From an uncultured bacterium (lineage in GTDB: Bacteria > Zixibacteria > MSB-5A5 > CAIYYT01): 64,000 bases of DNA. The stretch is from positions 576,001 to 640,000 of the forward strand of contig CAVSCK010000003.1 in assembly GCA_963726455.1 (NCBI GenBank). The letters are read 5' to 3'. Shown piece after piece: positions 10,905 to 21,648 of this stretch. The first letter of the stretch is position 1. Each line of letters opens with the position of its first letter. The translations under genes were made by a program, and so were the position numbers. A model generated the notes under the pieces. That model was not told the DNA's origin. It ran no database searches and saw only the letters and a program-made list of their open reading frames with translations.

Positions 10905-10988
10905 GTGACGCATTTGGACCGAGAACAGTCCTGACGCTCGGATGCGCGGTTGTAATGACTTCGATCTTCCCCATTGAGGCGGGTTTCC

Positions 10989-12026
10989 TTAACGTAGCCA
11001 GGACTCTACCAGCCGCACCCTCTTATTGGGGCAGTCAATCTCCGCTTTGATTCCGAGTGGGAGAACGAGTTGGGGGTCAGTGTGGCCAATATCAAAGTTT
11101 GCAACGATAGGTAAGTCGGGCTTGCCGAATTCGTTAGCGACGATGGAAACGATGTTCACCTCCAATTCGGTCTTTTCTTCATTGGAGTAGTCTCTGGCGC
11201 GAGAGAAGATGAATCCGTTTATCCGGTCGAATACGCCGTGACGGCCATAATCTCTCAGCACCTGTTCAACGTAATGGATTGACGGTTTTCCTTCGGAAGT
11301 TTCGAGGAAGAATACTTTCCCGTTCCAAAAATCCGGCGCTGGCCAAAAGTCTGTTGTCTTCATCATTTCCAAAACCTCTATGCAACCGCCGAATAATTCG
11401 CCCCGTACCGTTGTTGCGCCCTGCAGCCAATGCCAACCGTCATTTGCTTTCAGCAGATTCACCTTTCCAAGATTCTCCGCGTTCGCCCACTCGGGATAGC
11501 CGTCGCAATACTCACTATATGCTCGGTACTCATAACTTTCCTTTGGCTCGAAGAGAATTTCCCGGACATGCGACTTGAACCTCTGCGGTAGACTCTCCAT
11601 CTGCGAAAAACCTGCCATGATGGAGGGGCCATAGAAACTTACCAGTCCCTTCAAGCCGCACAATACGTGGAGCGTGGAAGTATCGGAATAGCCCATCAGG
11701 ATTTTCGGATTGTTCGCGATAATCTTTCCATCTACGAATGGCAATATTCGCACGGAATCGTCGCCACCGATGGAGGCGAATACTGCCTTAACTTCAGGGT
11801 TGGCAAACGCATCGTTAATGTCACGAGCACGCACTGCCGGATTTACCCTCAGGAAGTCAGCGTCCATTCTCGCAGTAGGAAACTCCTTTATCTTCAGATC
11901 CCATTCCCGCAAGACCTTGAGGCCGTTTTCGTACACGTGCGGATGCACGCTCGGACCTCCCCAGGAAGGAGACACAATTGCCACAGTATCCCTTTGTTTC
12001 AGGCGTTTGGGCTTTTTGTACATCAT
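10989..12026 (-). CDS. S66 family LD-carboxypeptidase (MccF-like)
   Basis: SIGGDDS, GYSDTS nucleophile motif, GGCIEVL, FLETSE, DIGHTDPQ. Confidence 0.9.
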   Translation of the reverse strand: MMYKKPKRLKQRDTVAIVSPSWGGPSVHPHVYENGLKVLREWDLKIKEFPTARMDADFLRVNPAVRARDINDAFANPEVKAVFASIGGDDSVRILPFVDGKIIANNPKILMGYSDTSTLHVLCGLKGLVSFYGPSIMAGFSQMESLPQRFKSHVREILFEPKESYEYRAYSEYCDGYPEWANAENLGKVNLLKANDGWHWLQGATTVRGELFGGCIEVLEMMKTTDFWPAPDFWNGKVFFLETSEGKPSIHYVEQVLRDYGRHGVFDRINGFIFSRARDYSNEEKTELEVNIVSIVANEFGKPDLPIVANFDIGHTDPQLVLPLGIKAEIDCPNKRVRLVESWLR

Positions 12027-12130
12027 AGCTAGATCACCGAACTGTGCATTGGAAGATGCAGCGAATTGAAATTCCCCCGAAAGACGGCCTGCGAACCCGC
12101 GTGGCGGGCGAGCCCACATTTTCTATTAAC

Positions 12131-12220
12131 TGGCGGAGAGTGAGGGATTCGAACCCCCGGTCCCCGTAAAGGGACAACGGTTTTCAAGACCGCCGCTTTC
12201 GACCGCTCAGCCAACTCTCC
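12131..12220 (-). tRNA. tRNA-Ser(TGA)
   Basis: GGAGAGTTGGCTGAGCGGTCGAAAGCGGCGGTCT-TGA-AAACCGT, long variable arm, GGTTCGAATCCC, encoded CCA end; 90 nt. Confidence 0.97.
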
Positions 12221-12413
12221 GGACGGAATATAAAAAGATGCCCTCTCGACGCAACAGAAATGAACCGCGAACCGGTCAAGAATTCGCTCCACCTCGAACG
12301 TATTAGATACGCAAACTGCGAATCGACCAAATGTGATTGACGGAACCACCGCAGTGGATTACCGTATCCATAAACAATGACTGGATAATACCTGAAGCAT
12401 TAAGGAGCAAACT

Positions 12414-12937
12414 ATGGCAGAAACCTACCTGGTTTACCGAACCGTCCGGGACTTTGTCCACGGCTGGAAAAACGAATCGGACGGCACTCGCAAACTGCTC
12501 GGGGCGCTGACCGACGCATCGCTGAAACACGCCGTGCACAAAGACCATCGCACCATCGGCAGAGTGGTGTGGCACATCTGCTGCTTCGATTCCCGAGATG
12601 GCCAGTCACACGGGCCTCAAAGTCGATGGCCCGACCGACAAGGATCCGATTCCGACCTCAGCCGCCGAAATTCAGAAGATATATGACAGATCGGCACAGC
12701 AGCTTCTGGAACAGGTGCAGGGCAGACTGGAAAGATGAAACGCTCACTCAGATTGACGACCTGTATGGCGAGAAGTGGCTGCGCGGGTTGACTCTGGGAA
12801 TTCTGCTCAGCCATGAAGTTCACCATCGCGGACAACTGACCGTGCTGATGCGTTCGGCAGGGTTGCCGGTTCCGGGAGTGTATGGGCCGTCCAAAGAGGA
12901 ATGGGTGAACTACGGAGCCAATCCGCCGGAAGTGTAG
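12414..12937 (+). CDS. DinB family protein, split by frameshifts (probably assembly indels)
   Basis: N-part RTIGRVVWH (12414..) and C-part HEVHHRGQLTVLMRSAGLPVPGVYGP (..12937) lie in different frames. Confidence 0.8.
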
Positions 12938-12987
12938 GCGGGAACAGGCACTCAATACCCTGTAACTTGGGAGTCGTTTGCTTAACG

Positions 12988-13063
12988 GTCGCGACTAAAG
13001 TCGCTCCTACATATAAGAGGATCTACGGACCTGCAGATTTGTAGGAGCGACTTTAGTCGCGAC
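12988..13063. repeat. REP doublet (REPIN-like inverted pair)
   Basis: GTCGCGACTAAAGTCGCTCCTACA (12988-13011) and its exact reverse complement TGTAGGAGCGACTTTAGTCGCGAC (13040-13063); GTAG tetranucleotide plus palindrome. Confidence 0.88.
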
Positions 13064-13097
13064 TCCCCTTTAGATAGGCCGATCAGAATTGTGGAAA

Positions 13098-14078
13098 TCA
13101 GGAAAGTGTTTCGTGGGCCCACATTGACATGCGTGACATGTCCCACCAGTTGCGGCTGAAAATGCGAACGGCCAGATATCGGGTAAAGCCGTCGGCGCGC
13201 TGGCCAAGTCTCATTGATGCGGCGGCGCGCTTCCTGCAGGTAGAGCGCGAGTTTCTGGTCAATCGGCAGCGATGTCCTCCTGTCCCTCAAGGAAACGGAA
13301 ATCCTCGCCGACGATGATGACATCGCGCAGATACGGCGTAGTGCTCCAACGACACATGGCGTCTTCGCCGTTGTCAATTGTCGTCACGATAATATCGAAA
13401 TTGGCGCTGCGCCATAACGCCGAGCCGTTCCGCCATCATCAATCCAAATACGTCATCGCCCTTGTTACAGCTTAATATGCTTTCATGATAGCGATGCGGT
13501 ACCCGCTGATAGTACATCTTGCCGTTGTACATTTCGTAGTAGCCCTTGTCCTCGTCGCGCAGCAGCTGCTTCGGTCTCTTCGGGGCTGGTGATGATCGGA
13601 CCCATGCGGCCGTTGTTGGGATCGAAGATGTACTCCTTGCCTTCGACCGTGAGCAAGCATGGAACAGTGCAGAATCTGTGGCAGGGCAAATCCGGAAACC
13701 CAGGAACCGATTCCGATTTCATCCGCCTTGCGCGAGTCAAAGGGTCGATTGGAACCGCGAATCGAGCCGCCAAAAACGCAGTCCACATTTTCAAAACCGG
13801 CCTCCCTGAACAGAGATACTTGAGCGCCATGTTCTTCTCGATACAGTGACCGCCAAAACCTTCCAGCATTCCCTGCAGAAATTCCTGCGGAGATTTCTGA
13901 TACTGGCAGTCGAAGCGGCCACTGAAATGCGAGTAGAACTCAAAATCGGCGTGGAATACGGCGCTGTATAGCTTCTTGGCAGCTCATGCCCGGGAAATTC
14001 GATGTGCGCAAATCGCAGGGCGATATTGCAGTAACGAGGATCATTGTTGATATAATCCATCACTTCCGGGCTGATCAT
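13098..14078 (-). CDS. Arylamine N-acetyltransferase/transglutaminase-like protein, multiply frameshifted (pseudogene or assembly error)
   Basis: Stitched across frames: FGGHCIEKNMALKYL ... ILHCSMLLTVEGKEYIFDPNNG resembles the NAT Cys-His-Asp triad; several frame changes are needed. Confidence 0.55.
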
Positions 14079-14270
14079 GCCACTATATTACACGATTTAG
14101 ACCTTAATAGCCAACGATTTTCTTGTTTTGCCTGCCGCCATCCCCTGCTGCCTCGAGCGAGACCGCGCATTTGCCGACATAATATTGGGATACTTTTTGT
14201 TCACGACCTATTGGGGGACGCTCCCAATTTGCTCGATCCGAGCGATCGACACCGGCATAAAGGAAGGCAT

Positions 14271-16919
14271 ATGATGCAAAGATCAAAAGCGCTTGGTTTG
14301 ATTCTTGTGGTCGCGCTGACGGCGACACAGATCATCCATTGCTCCGGGAAAGACAAAGGCACCACGCCGACACCGTCTACCGTCCAAATGAGCGGAACGC
14401 TTTCGTTTCCGAATTTGTCAACAGTGGCGCTAAGTGACATTACTGTAGGTTTCGGCAGCAATGAGACTTCGCCGGATACGTCCGGCAGATTCAGGATCAC
14501 CGGCAATACGCACGTCGTTGGCGTTGCCATGGCCTACGATCAGGACATGATTCCGATGCTGATGAGCGTCTGTCCTGATCCGACAGCGAATACGGCTCTC
14601 GGCCTAGATGTGCACTCCACGGCCATTTCGATGGCGTTTCTCGATCCATACATATGCAACACAGACCCGGCGCACGCAGGAGAGATCGTTCAACGAATTG
14701 AGACACTGCCCGAACTGACGGAGTTCGAGGATTTATTGGCGGGTAAATTGGCCGCAGATCCGAAGGCGCTGGGAAGCGAGGATGCCGAGATTGATTCCGG
14801 TCTCAGCCGGTTGGTGCTCGCTTATTATAACTCCTATCCTCAGGAAGTCAGCAAACGAATCGATGCCGTCACGGGAGCGATATCCACCGGTCGCGCCAAA
14901 CTTGCGACCAGTCCACCCGAGATTGATCCCAGCTATACGAAGAGCGGACTGCAATTGACATGGGTGAGCGGAAATACTTACAAGATTACGAACAGCTATG
15001 GACGCTGGTGTTATGCCTGCACGCCGGATGATTCTTTCTTCGTGTTTCCGAACGGTGACCTGCTCGATTGGATCAGGCAGGATCGGCCGTTTCCGCCATC
15101 CGAGCGCAAGTTTGATATGGAGGTCACCGCCGGACAAGACACCTCATGGGTGGAGATTTACGGCTATGGATTTTGGGGCAACCCGGCGAATGCCTGGGAC
15201 AGTCTGTCGCATGCCGAAAAGAATTGTGTACACGCCGGTGGTATCACCACGGTCACGATGGAGCTGTTCACTTCCGTGGTTTCCGCCCTCTGCAATACGC
15301 CGCGCGTGTTCGGAAATGAAAAAATCGCCAAGCTCTGGGGCCGCACCGGCTGGGGTTTTATCACAGACAATGCCCGCATCGTACAACGCCTTGAAGAATA
15401 CATCAAAGCCGACAACCCGATCGGCGCTTCCTGGTGGCTCACCAAACAGATCATGAGCCAGTTTGTCAACTCGGCAGATTATCGCGCGTTCCTGTGTCAA
15501 GCTACCGGGTTACAGATCACCGAGGGAATGCTAGGCAAAATTGGCGCGATACTGAACGTGCCGGCCAAGGTAGTGATAACGACCAACAATTTGACATCCG
15601 TGTTCAAAGCCGTGTTGGCGTTACGCAACGCCTACTTCGCGACATACTTCAAGGTCTGGCGCGAATGGGAGGACTACGGTTCAATCAGCGGACAGGTTGC
15701 CGCCAAGAACAGCGGCACTGGAATCTCAGGCGCCACAGTGACACTGGCAGGAGATGAGAACAACCCACTCAATCCCGCGCATCAGGTGACGACCGATGCC
15801 CAGGGACATTATCGCTTCGACAATATCGGGGTGGGCTCAAAGGAATTGACCGCATCCAAATCGGGGTTTACGACGAATACGGCTACCGTCACTGTGGTCA
15901 AGGATCAGACCGTAACCGCAAATATTCAATTGGAAGCCGCGGCTGCCGGTTTGAGCGGAAGAGTCTTGAATGAGATCTTCGTCAACAACAGTGTGAGCCC
16001 GGCCAATTTCCGGGGCACAGTTGACATAACGGCTCAGGAAATTGGCGGCCAGAACCAAACCCTGGGAACACACGCCATTGAAGGCGTCTACTCGCTCAGT
16101 TTGACGCCCGGCAACTGGTGGGTCGTTGCCACGCATGCCGACTACAAGTCTGATTCCGTGAGTATCAGCGTGTCCGGCAGTGGTAGCGCGGCGCCGCCGC
16201 GTGATCTGGTGCTTAAACCGGATCCCAAGATGACGGGCTCAGTCTCCATCAACACCGACAATCAGCCGGGGTACGAGATCAATTTCGAGATGGATTTTCC
16301 TCAAGTCGGTCTGACCAAACCGCAACTGTATACCAATCCATGTATTCATGGCGGCCAGCCGCAGAATTATATGGGCGGAATTGGCATGCGAGGATATTCC
16401 GGCAACGATTATGATTGGCTCGAACTCGATCTCAACAGCGCCCTGATCACCGAGTCCGGTGATTTTCATGTCGGCGGCTCTGACTATTTCGGTTGCACCG
16501 GCTTCAACTCACCAGCGATGATCGTCTTCGGGACAACTCGCGCACATTGTCTTTACTATCAGGCATACTCATTCCCGATGAGTTACCAGATTATGGACGG
16601 TCCCAATGATTATGGCTGCAATTGCGGCGTCGGTTTTGACCAGACGGTCACTATCACTGAATGGGGTACCGAACTGGGAGACATCGTCGCCGGCAGATTC
16701 GTCGTCAACCTCCCTGGCTCCACCACTTGCGAATGTTCGGGTAACGACACCAACGGCGACGGCGTAGTTGACCATTGGGATGTCGGTTGCAGTCAAGTCA
16801 TGGTCGAAATGGAATTTCGATTGCTGGTGGGGAGCGACTACCTGGTCACTTTCCGGCCAAACGGTTCTCCCTCTCTGACTGGAAACAGCGACAAATCCCT
16901 GGTGGACCCGCCCAAATAG
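14271..16919 (+). CDS. Large lipoprotein with carboxypeptidase-regulatory-like domain and Cys-rich C-terminus (paralog 1)
   Basis: RBS AAGGAAGG then MMQRSK; lipobox-like IIHC; ISGATVTL...TTDAQGHYRFDNI...SKSGF. Confidence 0.8.
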   Translation: MMQRSKALGLILVVALTATQIIHCSGKDKGTTPTPSTVQMSGTLSFPNLSTVALSDITVGFGSNETSPDTSGRFRITGNTHVVGVAMAYDQDMIPMLMSVCPDPTANTALGLDVHSTAISMAFLDPYICNTDPAHAGEIVQRIETLPELTEFEDLLAGKLAADPKALGSEDAEIDSGLSRLVLAYYNSYPQEVSKRIDAVTGAISTGRAKLATSPPEIDPSYTKSGLQLTWVSGNTYKITNSYGRWCYACTPDDSFFVFPNGDLLDWIRQDRPFPPSERKFDMEVTAGQDTSWVEIYGYGFWGNPANAWDSLSHAEKNCVHAGGITTVTMELFTSVVSALCNTPRVFGNEKIAKLWGRTGWGFITDNARIVQRLEEYIKADNPIGASWWLTKQIMSQFVNSADYRAFLCQATGLQITEGMLGKIGAILNVPAKVVITTNNLTSVFKAVLALRNAYFATYFKVWREWEDYGSISGQVAAKNSGTGISGATVTLAGDENNPLNPAHQVTTDAQGHYRFDNIGVGSKELTASKSGFTTNTATVTVVKDQTVTANIQLEAAAAGLSGRVLNEIFVNNSVSPANFRGTVDITAQEIGGQNQTLGTHAIEGVYSLSLTPGNWWVVATHADYKSDSVSISVSGSGSAAPPRDLVLKPDPKMTGSVSINTDNQPGYEINFEMDFPQVGLTKPQLYTNPCIHGGQPQNYMGGIGMRGYSGNDYDWLELDLNSALITESGDFHVGGSDYFGCTGFNSPAMIVFGTTRAHCLYYQAYSFPMSYQIMDGPNDYGCNCGVGFDQTVTITEWGTELGDIVAGRFVVNLPGSTTCECSGNDTNGDGVVDHWDVGCSQVMVEMEFRLLVGSDYLVTFRPNGSPSLTGNSDKSLVDPPK

Positions 16920-16957
16920 ACAAAAGCATTTTCAGACGCAAAAGCGCAAGTACGACC

Positions 16958-16992
16958 AGCCGCCGATCCTGACATATCGGCGGCTTCTTTTT
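16958..16992 (+). terminator. Intrinsic terminator
   Basis: AGCCGCCGAT-loop-ATCGGCGGCT followed by a T-tract. Confidence 0.8.
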
Positions 16993-17023
16993 GGCTTTCT
17001 GCAAACCAACTGCGAGGACTTGC

Positions 17024-17082
17024 TTGACAAGATGGAGGCCACAGCATACATTATTTTTGAAAGCTAGTGAATTCCTTCACAA
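17024..17082 (+). promoter_or_regulatory. Sigma70-like promoter plus downstream Rex/CRP-like palindrome
   Basis: TTGACA(17024)-17 nt-TACATT(17047); TAGTGAATTCCTTCACAA (17065-17082) just before the RBS AAGGAG. Confidence 0.6.
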
Positions 17083-17094
17083 AGGAGCAGAGTT

Positions 17095-19731
17095 ATGTCA
17101 AGTCGCATAGTCACGGCGCTGCTTATCGCCGTTGTGGCCGTCGCAGCGATCTTGCTGCAGTGTTCTAAAAAAGACAAGGGCACAAATCCACCGCCAAGTG
17201 TCGTCGAAATGTCCGGGCGACTCGACACGACTATATTATCCGGCATTCCACTTGATCAGGTCACTATTACGCATGGCGCCAACGTGTCGAGTGCTGACAC
17301 GGCTGGCGGCTTCACGGTCAAGGGCAACACCAACACGCCGGGGTTGGTGATGGCTGCCGATGCGAACGACAAAGTCCTGCTCATGAAGATCGTTTCGGAT
17401 CCTGCAAACAAATCGGCTTTGGAGATGAATGTTCATTCGACGGCGCAGGCAATCGTATTCCTGCACCCCTTTGTTTGCATTGCTGATCCCATAGAAGCAG
17501 CCGGCGTACTGAGCCAGATTGATGTCCTGCCGGAGTTCCAGAACCTCGAAACCTATCTCGACTCGAAAATGCAGTCTGATCCTCGGGGCCTGAACCTTGA
17601 AGATTCCCAGCTTGATTCCCTGGTCAGCCGGACCATTCTGGCGTACGTCGAGACCTATCCATCCCAATTATCGAAACTGCTCGGTATCGAGATCCCGATC
17701 GCGACAAACAAACTGAACACCGCGTTGGAAACGCCACCCGAAATCGAGCCAATTATTGAACGAGGAGGACTGAAGCTGACCTACGAAGGCAGTGACAAAT
17801 TCCGGATCTGGAATTCTCTCTGCCGCTGGGCGTTCTGCACGACACCGACCGACAGCTTTATGATCTTCCCGAGCGGGGATTTTCTCGACCTGATTAAGAA
17901 TTCCGGCACACCGTGGCCGCCATCAAAACGGGACTTCACCATGCACGTCACTCCGGGAGGTGATACCAGTCGCATTAACATCTATGGCTATGGGTTTCTG
18001 TTCCTGGAGTCAAACAAATGGCATGACCTTTCCATGCAAGAACGAAACTGGGCTCACGTAGCCGGATTGGCCACGATCATTTTCGAACTTGGGCGTCATA
18101 CCTTGGGAGTTGTGACAAACATCGCGGTCCCCCTGGCGGGTGATCGTATTGCGCCGCTGGTTCGAAACGATTTGTCACTGTTTTCCTTTTTCTACACTGA
18201 GCTAAACAATGCCGCCCGACTCGATCAGTATATCAACAATAACGACCCCTGGGGAGCAAGCTACTGGGTAATAAAACTGTTCTTCACACGTCTCATCTCA
18301 TCAGCGGATTATCGGGAGGCGTTCTATTCCATAACGGGAATTGCGCTGACTCAACAAGCGCTGCTCGGTCTCGGCAAATGGGTGGCGCTGCCGTTGAAAG
18401 CCGCAGTCGCCTTCAACAGCGTGTCACAGGGTTTTCGCGCGGCGTTGGGATTCGAGCGGAGTTTCTTCCGCACCAGCTTCAAAGTCTGGAAGGAATACAC
18501 CGAATTCGGAAATATTGAAGCAAATGTCGGTGATAAGCAGACCGGCCATGCAATTGAAGGAGTGGTGGTGACCGTTATCGGAGACGACAACAACCCGATG
18601 AATCCCGCTCATGAGTTAACTACTGATGCCAGCGGTTTCGTTCGATTCACCAACATCGGTACCGGCGAGCGAACACTGCAAGCCAGCAAGACCGGCTACA
18701 ACGGCAAGTCAGTGGCCGTAACCGTTGAGAAGGACAAGACTGTTTCGGTTGATATCGTGATGGAAAGGCAATCAGGCGGATTGTCGGGCAAAGTTCTCAA
18801 TGACATTCTCGTACACCACGGCGTTAGTCCGGCTTATTTCAAGGGCACTGTCGATATCAACGCCAACGAGATCGGCGGTCAACATCGGTCGGCCAACTCG
18901 TCGGCTTTCGATGGCCCATATAACATTACTTTGCCGCTGGGAAGCTGGTGGGTAATCGCATCACACGAAGACTACAAGCCCGATTCATTTTCGATTACGG
19001 TTTCTGCCGACGGCGCGATCACCGCGCCTCGCGATCTACTACTCAAACCTGATCCGAAAATGACCGGCGAGGTTTACGTCAACACGGATAACAGTGGAAG
19101 TTACGAGGTGCATTTTGTATTGAACCTGCCGCAGGTGGGATTGCGCAAACCCACTCTCTACGCCGACGAGTGCTATGAGGGGGGGCAGAAGCAATTGATT
19201 ATGGATGCGGCCGGCGTCAGGGGCTCCTCCAACTCGGATTTTGATTTCTTCCAGATCATATTCAATTCAGCACAGATCGAACAGGCGGGCGACTATCGTG
19301 CGTCGGGCATCGAGTATTTCGGGTGCACCGGCCATAGTGCTCCGGCTACCGCGGCATTCGGCACGTCTCGAACTCAATGCCTTTATGAGCAGATAATTCA
19401 TAGTCCGATGCTGTATTCTTTGTTCGATGATCCGGATTCCTACGGCTGCAACTGTGGCGCCAGTCTGACGCAATCCATTTTCCTCACTGACTGGGGAACG
19501 GAATTGGGGGACGTCGTCGCGGGCACATGCGTTCTCGATCTAGCCGGTTGGAATACCTGCGAATGCGGTGGAAACGACACCAACGATGACGGTAAAATCG
19601 ATTCATGGGACGTCTCCTGTTCGCAGGCGCGCGTTGACGTCGACTTCCGATTGCTGGTAGGGACTGAATATCTCGTTACGTTTACGCCCTCCGGTTCACG
19701 CGTATTCAAAGGTTCAGACGTACCCAAATAG
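17095..19731 (+). CDS. Large lipoprotein, tandem paralog 2 of 14271..16919
   Basis: Lipobox LLQC; collinear motifs with paralog 1 (NNPMNPAH, DYKPDS, PRDLLLKPDPKMTG, YGCNCG, WGTELGD, CECGGNDTND). Confidence 0.85.
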   Translation: MSSRIVTALLIAVVAVAAILLQCSKKDKGTNPPPSVVEMSGRLDTTILSGIPLDQVTITHGANVSSADTAGGFTVKGNTNTPGLVMAADANDKVLLMKIVSDPANKSALEMNVHSTAQAIVFLHPFVCIADPIEAAGVLSQIDVLPEFQNLETYLDSKMQSDPRGLNLEDSQLDSLVSRTILAYVETYPSQLSKLLGIEIPIATNKLNTALETPPEIEPIIERGGLKLTYEGSDKFRIWNSLCRWAFCTTPTDSFMIFPSGDFLDLIKNSGTPWPPSKRDFTMHVTPGGDTSRINIYGYGFLFLESNKWHDLSMQERNWAHVAGLATIIFELGRHTLGVVTNIAVPLAGDRIAPLVRNDLSLFSFFYTELNNAARLDQYINNNDPWGASYWVIKLFFTRLISSADYREAFYSITGIALTQQALLGLGKWVALPLKAAVAFNSVSQGFRAALGFERSFFRTSFKVWKEYTEFGNIEANVGDKQTGHAIEGVVVTVIGDDNNPMNPAHELTTDASGFVRFTNIGTGERTLQASKTGYNGKSVAVTVEKDKTVSVDIVMERQSGGLSGKVLNDILVHHGVSPAYFKGTVDINANEIGGQHRSANSSAFDGPYNITLPLGSWWVIASHEDYKPDSFSITVSADGAITAPRDLLLKPDPKMTGEVYVNTDNSGSYEVHFVLNLPQVGLRKPTLYADECYEGGQKQLIMDAAGVRGSSNSDFDFFQIIFNSAQIEQAGDYRASGIEYFGCTGHSAPATAAFGTSRTQCLYEQIIHSPMLYSLFDDPDSYGCNCGASLTQSIFLTDWGTELGDVVAGTCVLDLAGWNTCECGGNDTNDDGKIDSWDVSCSQARVDVDFRLLVGTEYLVTFTPSGSRVFKGSDVPK

Positions 19732-19759
19732 CATGGGTCTGCCTTATCGAAACTTAACC

Positions 19760-19792
19760 AGCCGCCGGCGTTTCTGCCGGCGGCTTTGTTTT
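19760..19792 (+). terminator. Intrinsic terminator
   Basis: AGCCGCCGGC-loop-GCCGGCGGCT plus TTGTTTT. Confidence 0.8.
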
Positions 19793-19840
19793 GGCAATTT
19801 ATACAGAGCCTACCACCGGGGAATACGGCCGCTCATAAAG

Positions 19841-19871
19841 AAGGGTCGGAGTGTTGTCACATCCGACCCTT
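19841..19871 (-). terminator. Hairpin downstream of the SBBP/dockerin gene
   Basis: AAGGGTCGGA...TCCGACCCTT. Confidence 0.6.
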
Positions 19872-19898
19872 GAAGCTATTGGCGAATATCGAATTTTA

Positions 19899-21424
19899 TC
19901 AGCTTCCCGAGCAGGGAGCAGAACCACTTCCAAAGATGTATGTGATCAGGAACACGACGTCGGAAATATCGACTGACCAGCTCGTATCACCATCACCAGC
20001 CAGCATCGGGTTTGGCGCCGGACCACCGGAAAAGATGTAAGAGATCAAATAGACCGCATCCGATATATCAACGCTGCCGCTGCCGTCGGCGTCACCGCAC
20101 GTCGCATGCCTGGGAATACTTGACTGTAACGAAACTCATATTGCTGCCGCCGTAACCGGTGACGATTACATTGTTCGCCTGATCCAACGCAATTCCTACC
20201 GCACAACTCGATGGTCCATTTGGTGCGAGGTGACGATTCGTCCAGATTTCGTTCCCGTCGGAATCGTACTTGAACGCCAGCATATCGCTGTCGCTTGAAC
20301 CCGCTACATAGACGCTGCCGGCTTCATCCAACACCATGTCCCTGACGGATTCTTGGGTGCTCCCCGACGAAACGTACTGGCGAGTCCAGACGGGAGTTCC
20401 GTCTGGATAGTATTTTAGGATGAAGATGTGCAAACCAACCGGATTTCCTGCGGACATCCCGAGACATAGATATTATCTGATGCATCGGTACTGCGATGTC
20501 GCGTACATTGTCACGTGACGATCCGCAGTCAAAGTCGCGTTCCCAGAGGAACTCACCTGAAGCGCCGAACTTCATGGTGAAGAAGTCATACGCAGTTGCC
20601 CCGTTATATGCATCCCCGGCCACCACAACATCTCCAGCGTTGTCCACACAGACTTTGTAGATATATATCAGCCGATCCTCATAGCGCGTCCAAGTGTTCA
20701 CGACGTCGCCCGCTGCATTGTACTCGATCACTACAATTGTCGTTCGACCGTCCGGAATGGACTCGTACCCAAAACGCCCTGCTACATACACATTGCCGGC
20801 GCCATCCATGGTAATTGCGTCGACATAGCCCGGCAGACTGTCAGGGGTCTGATAGAAACGCATCCAATCCGTATCTCCGTTCGGAAGATACTTGATGGTA
20901 ACGAACTCATATAAGGAGTTGGGACGCAAACTAAAGCCGGTGACATAGACATTGCTGGATGCATCAGCGGCTATTCCTGAAATTATATCATCGCCGTTGT
21001 CCGGATTGTTGTACGTTCGCACCCAGGCGGTGTCACCGTTCGGAAGGTACTTGACGACGACAAGATCACGTGCCGTTCCGACACCCCAGCCGGTTGCCCG
21101 TACATAGGAGTTGCCGAAATTGTCAGCGATCACCCCAAAACCGAACACTGTAATATCAATGGCGGTAAAGTTACCCAAATATGTTCTCGCCCAGGCCGTG
21201 TCACCGTTGGGCAGGTATTTGACTGTCGTCAATAGGCAGCCGTTGACTCCGTTGGGACTCCGGCCCACCATGAAGATATTGTCCTGATTATCTACCGCGA
21301 CCCCTGCCGGGTCGCTATAATGCGACCTATTGTACTCAGATATCCATAGCGGGACTGCCGATTGCACAATTACCGGCAGCATCAATACGAGGATACAACA
21401 AGCGAACATTACCCTTTTGGTCAT
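19899..21424 (-). CDS. Secreted SBBP-type beta-propeller protein with C-terminal dockerin; frameshifted near 20470 and 20100
   Basis: Repeats DxxGNVYVTG...TVKYLPNGDTAWxRTY; dockerin GDADGSGSVDISDAVYLISYIFSGGPAP...DISDVVFLITYIFGSGSAPC read manually; TGA at 19899. Confidence 0.8.
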
Positions 21425-21583
21425 GCGAACCTCCGAATCTTGATGAATGTACCGAGTCTTGGGAAATGTATACCAAAACACGTATGTATTGTCAAGCGTT
21501 TTTTTGAATCTCACGATCTGCACTCACATCATAACCTTGGCTCCGGTCGCTAATCTCACCTGCCGTCGAGACACGGCGACCGC

Positions 21584-21623
21584 TGGTGAATCCGTTGACA
21601 ATCTCACATAGCTCCCCTATCTT
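21584..21623 (+). promoter_or_regulatory. tdh promoter with overlapping Rex-like palindrome
   Basis: TTGACA(21595)-17 nt-TATCTT(21618); TGGTGAATCCGTTGACAA (21584-21601) overlaps the -35. Confidence 0.5.
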
Positions 21624-21648
21624 TGCGCATCGAAATTGACGGCTGCCG

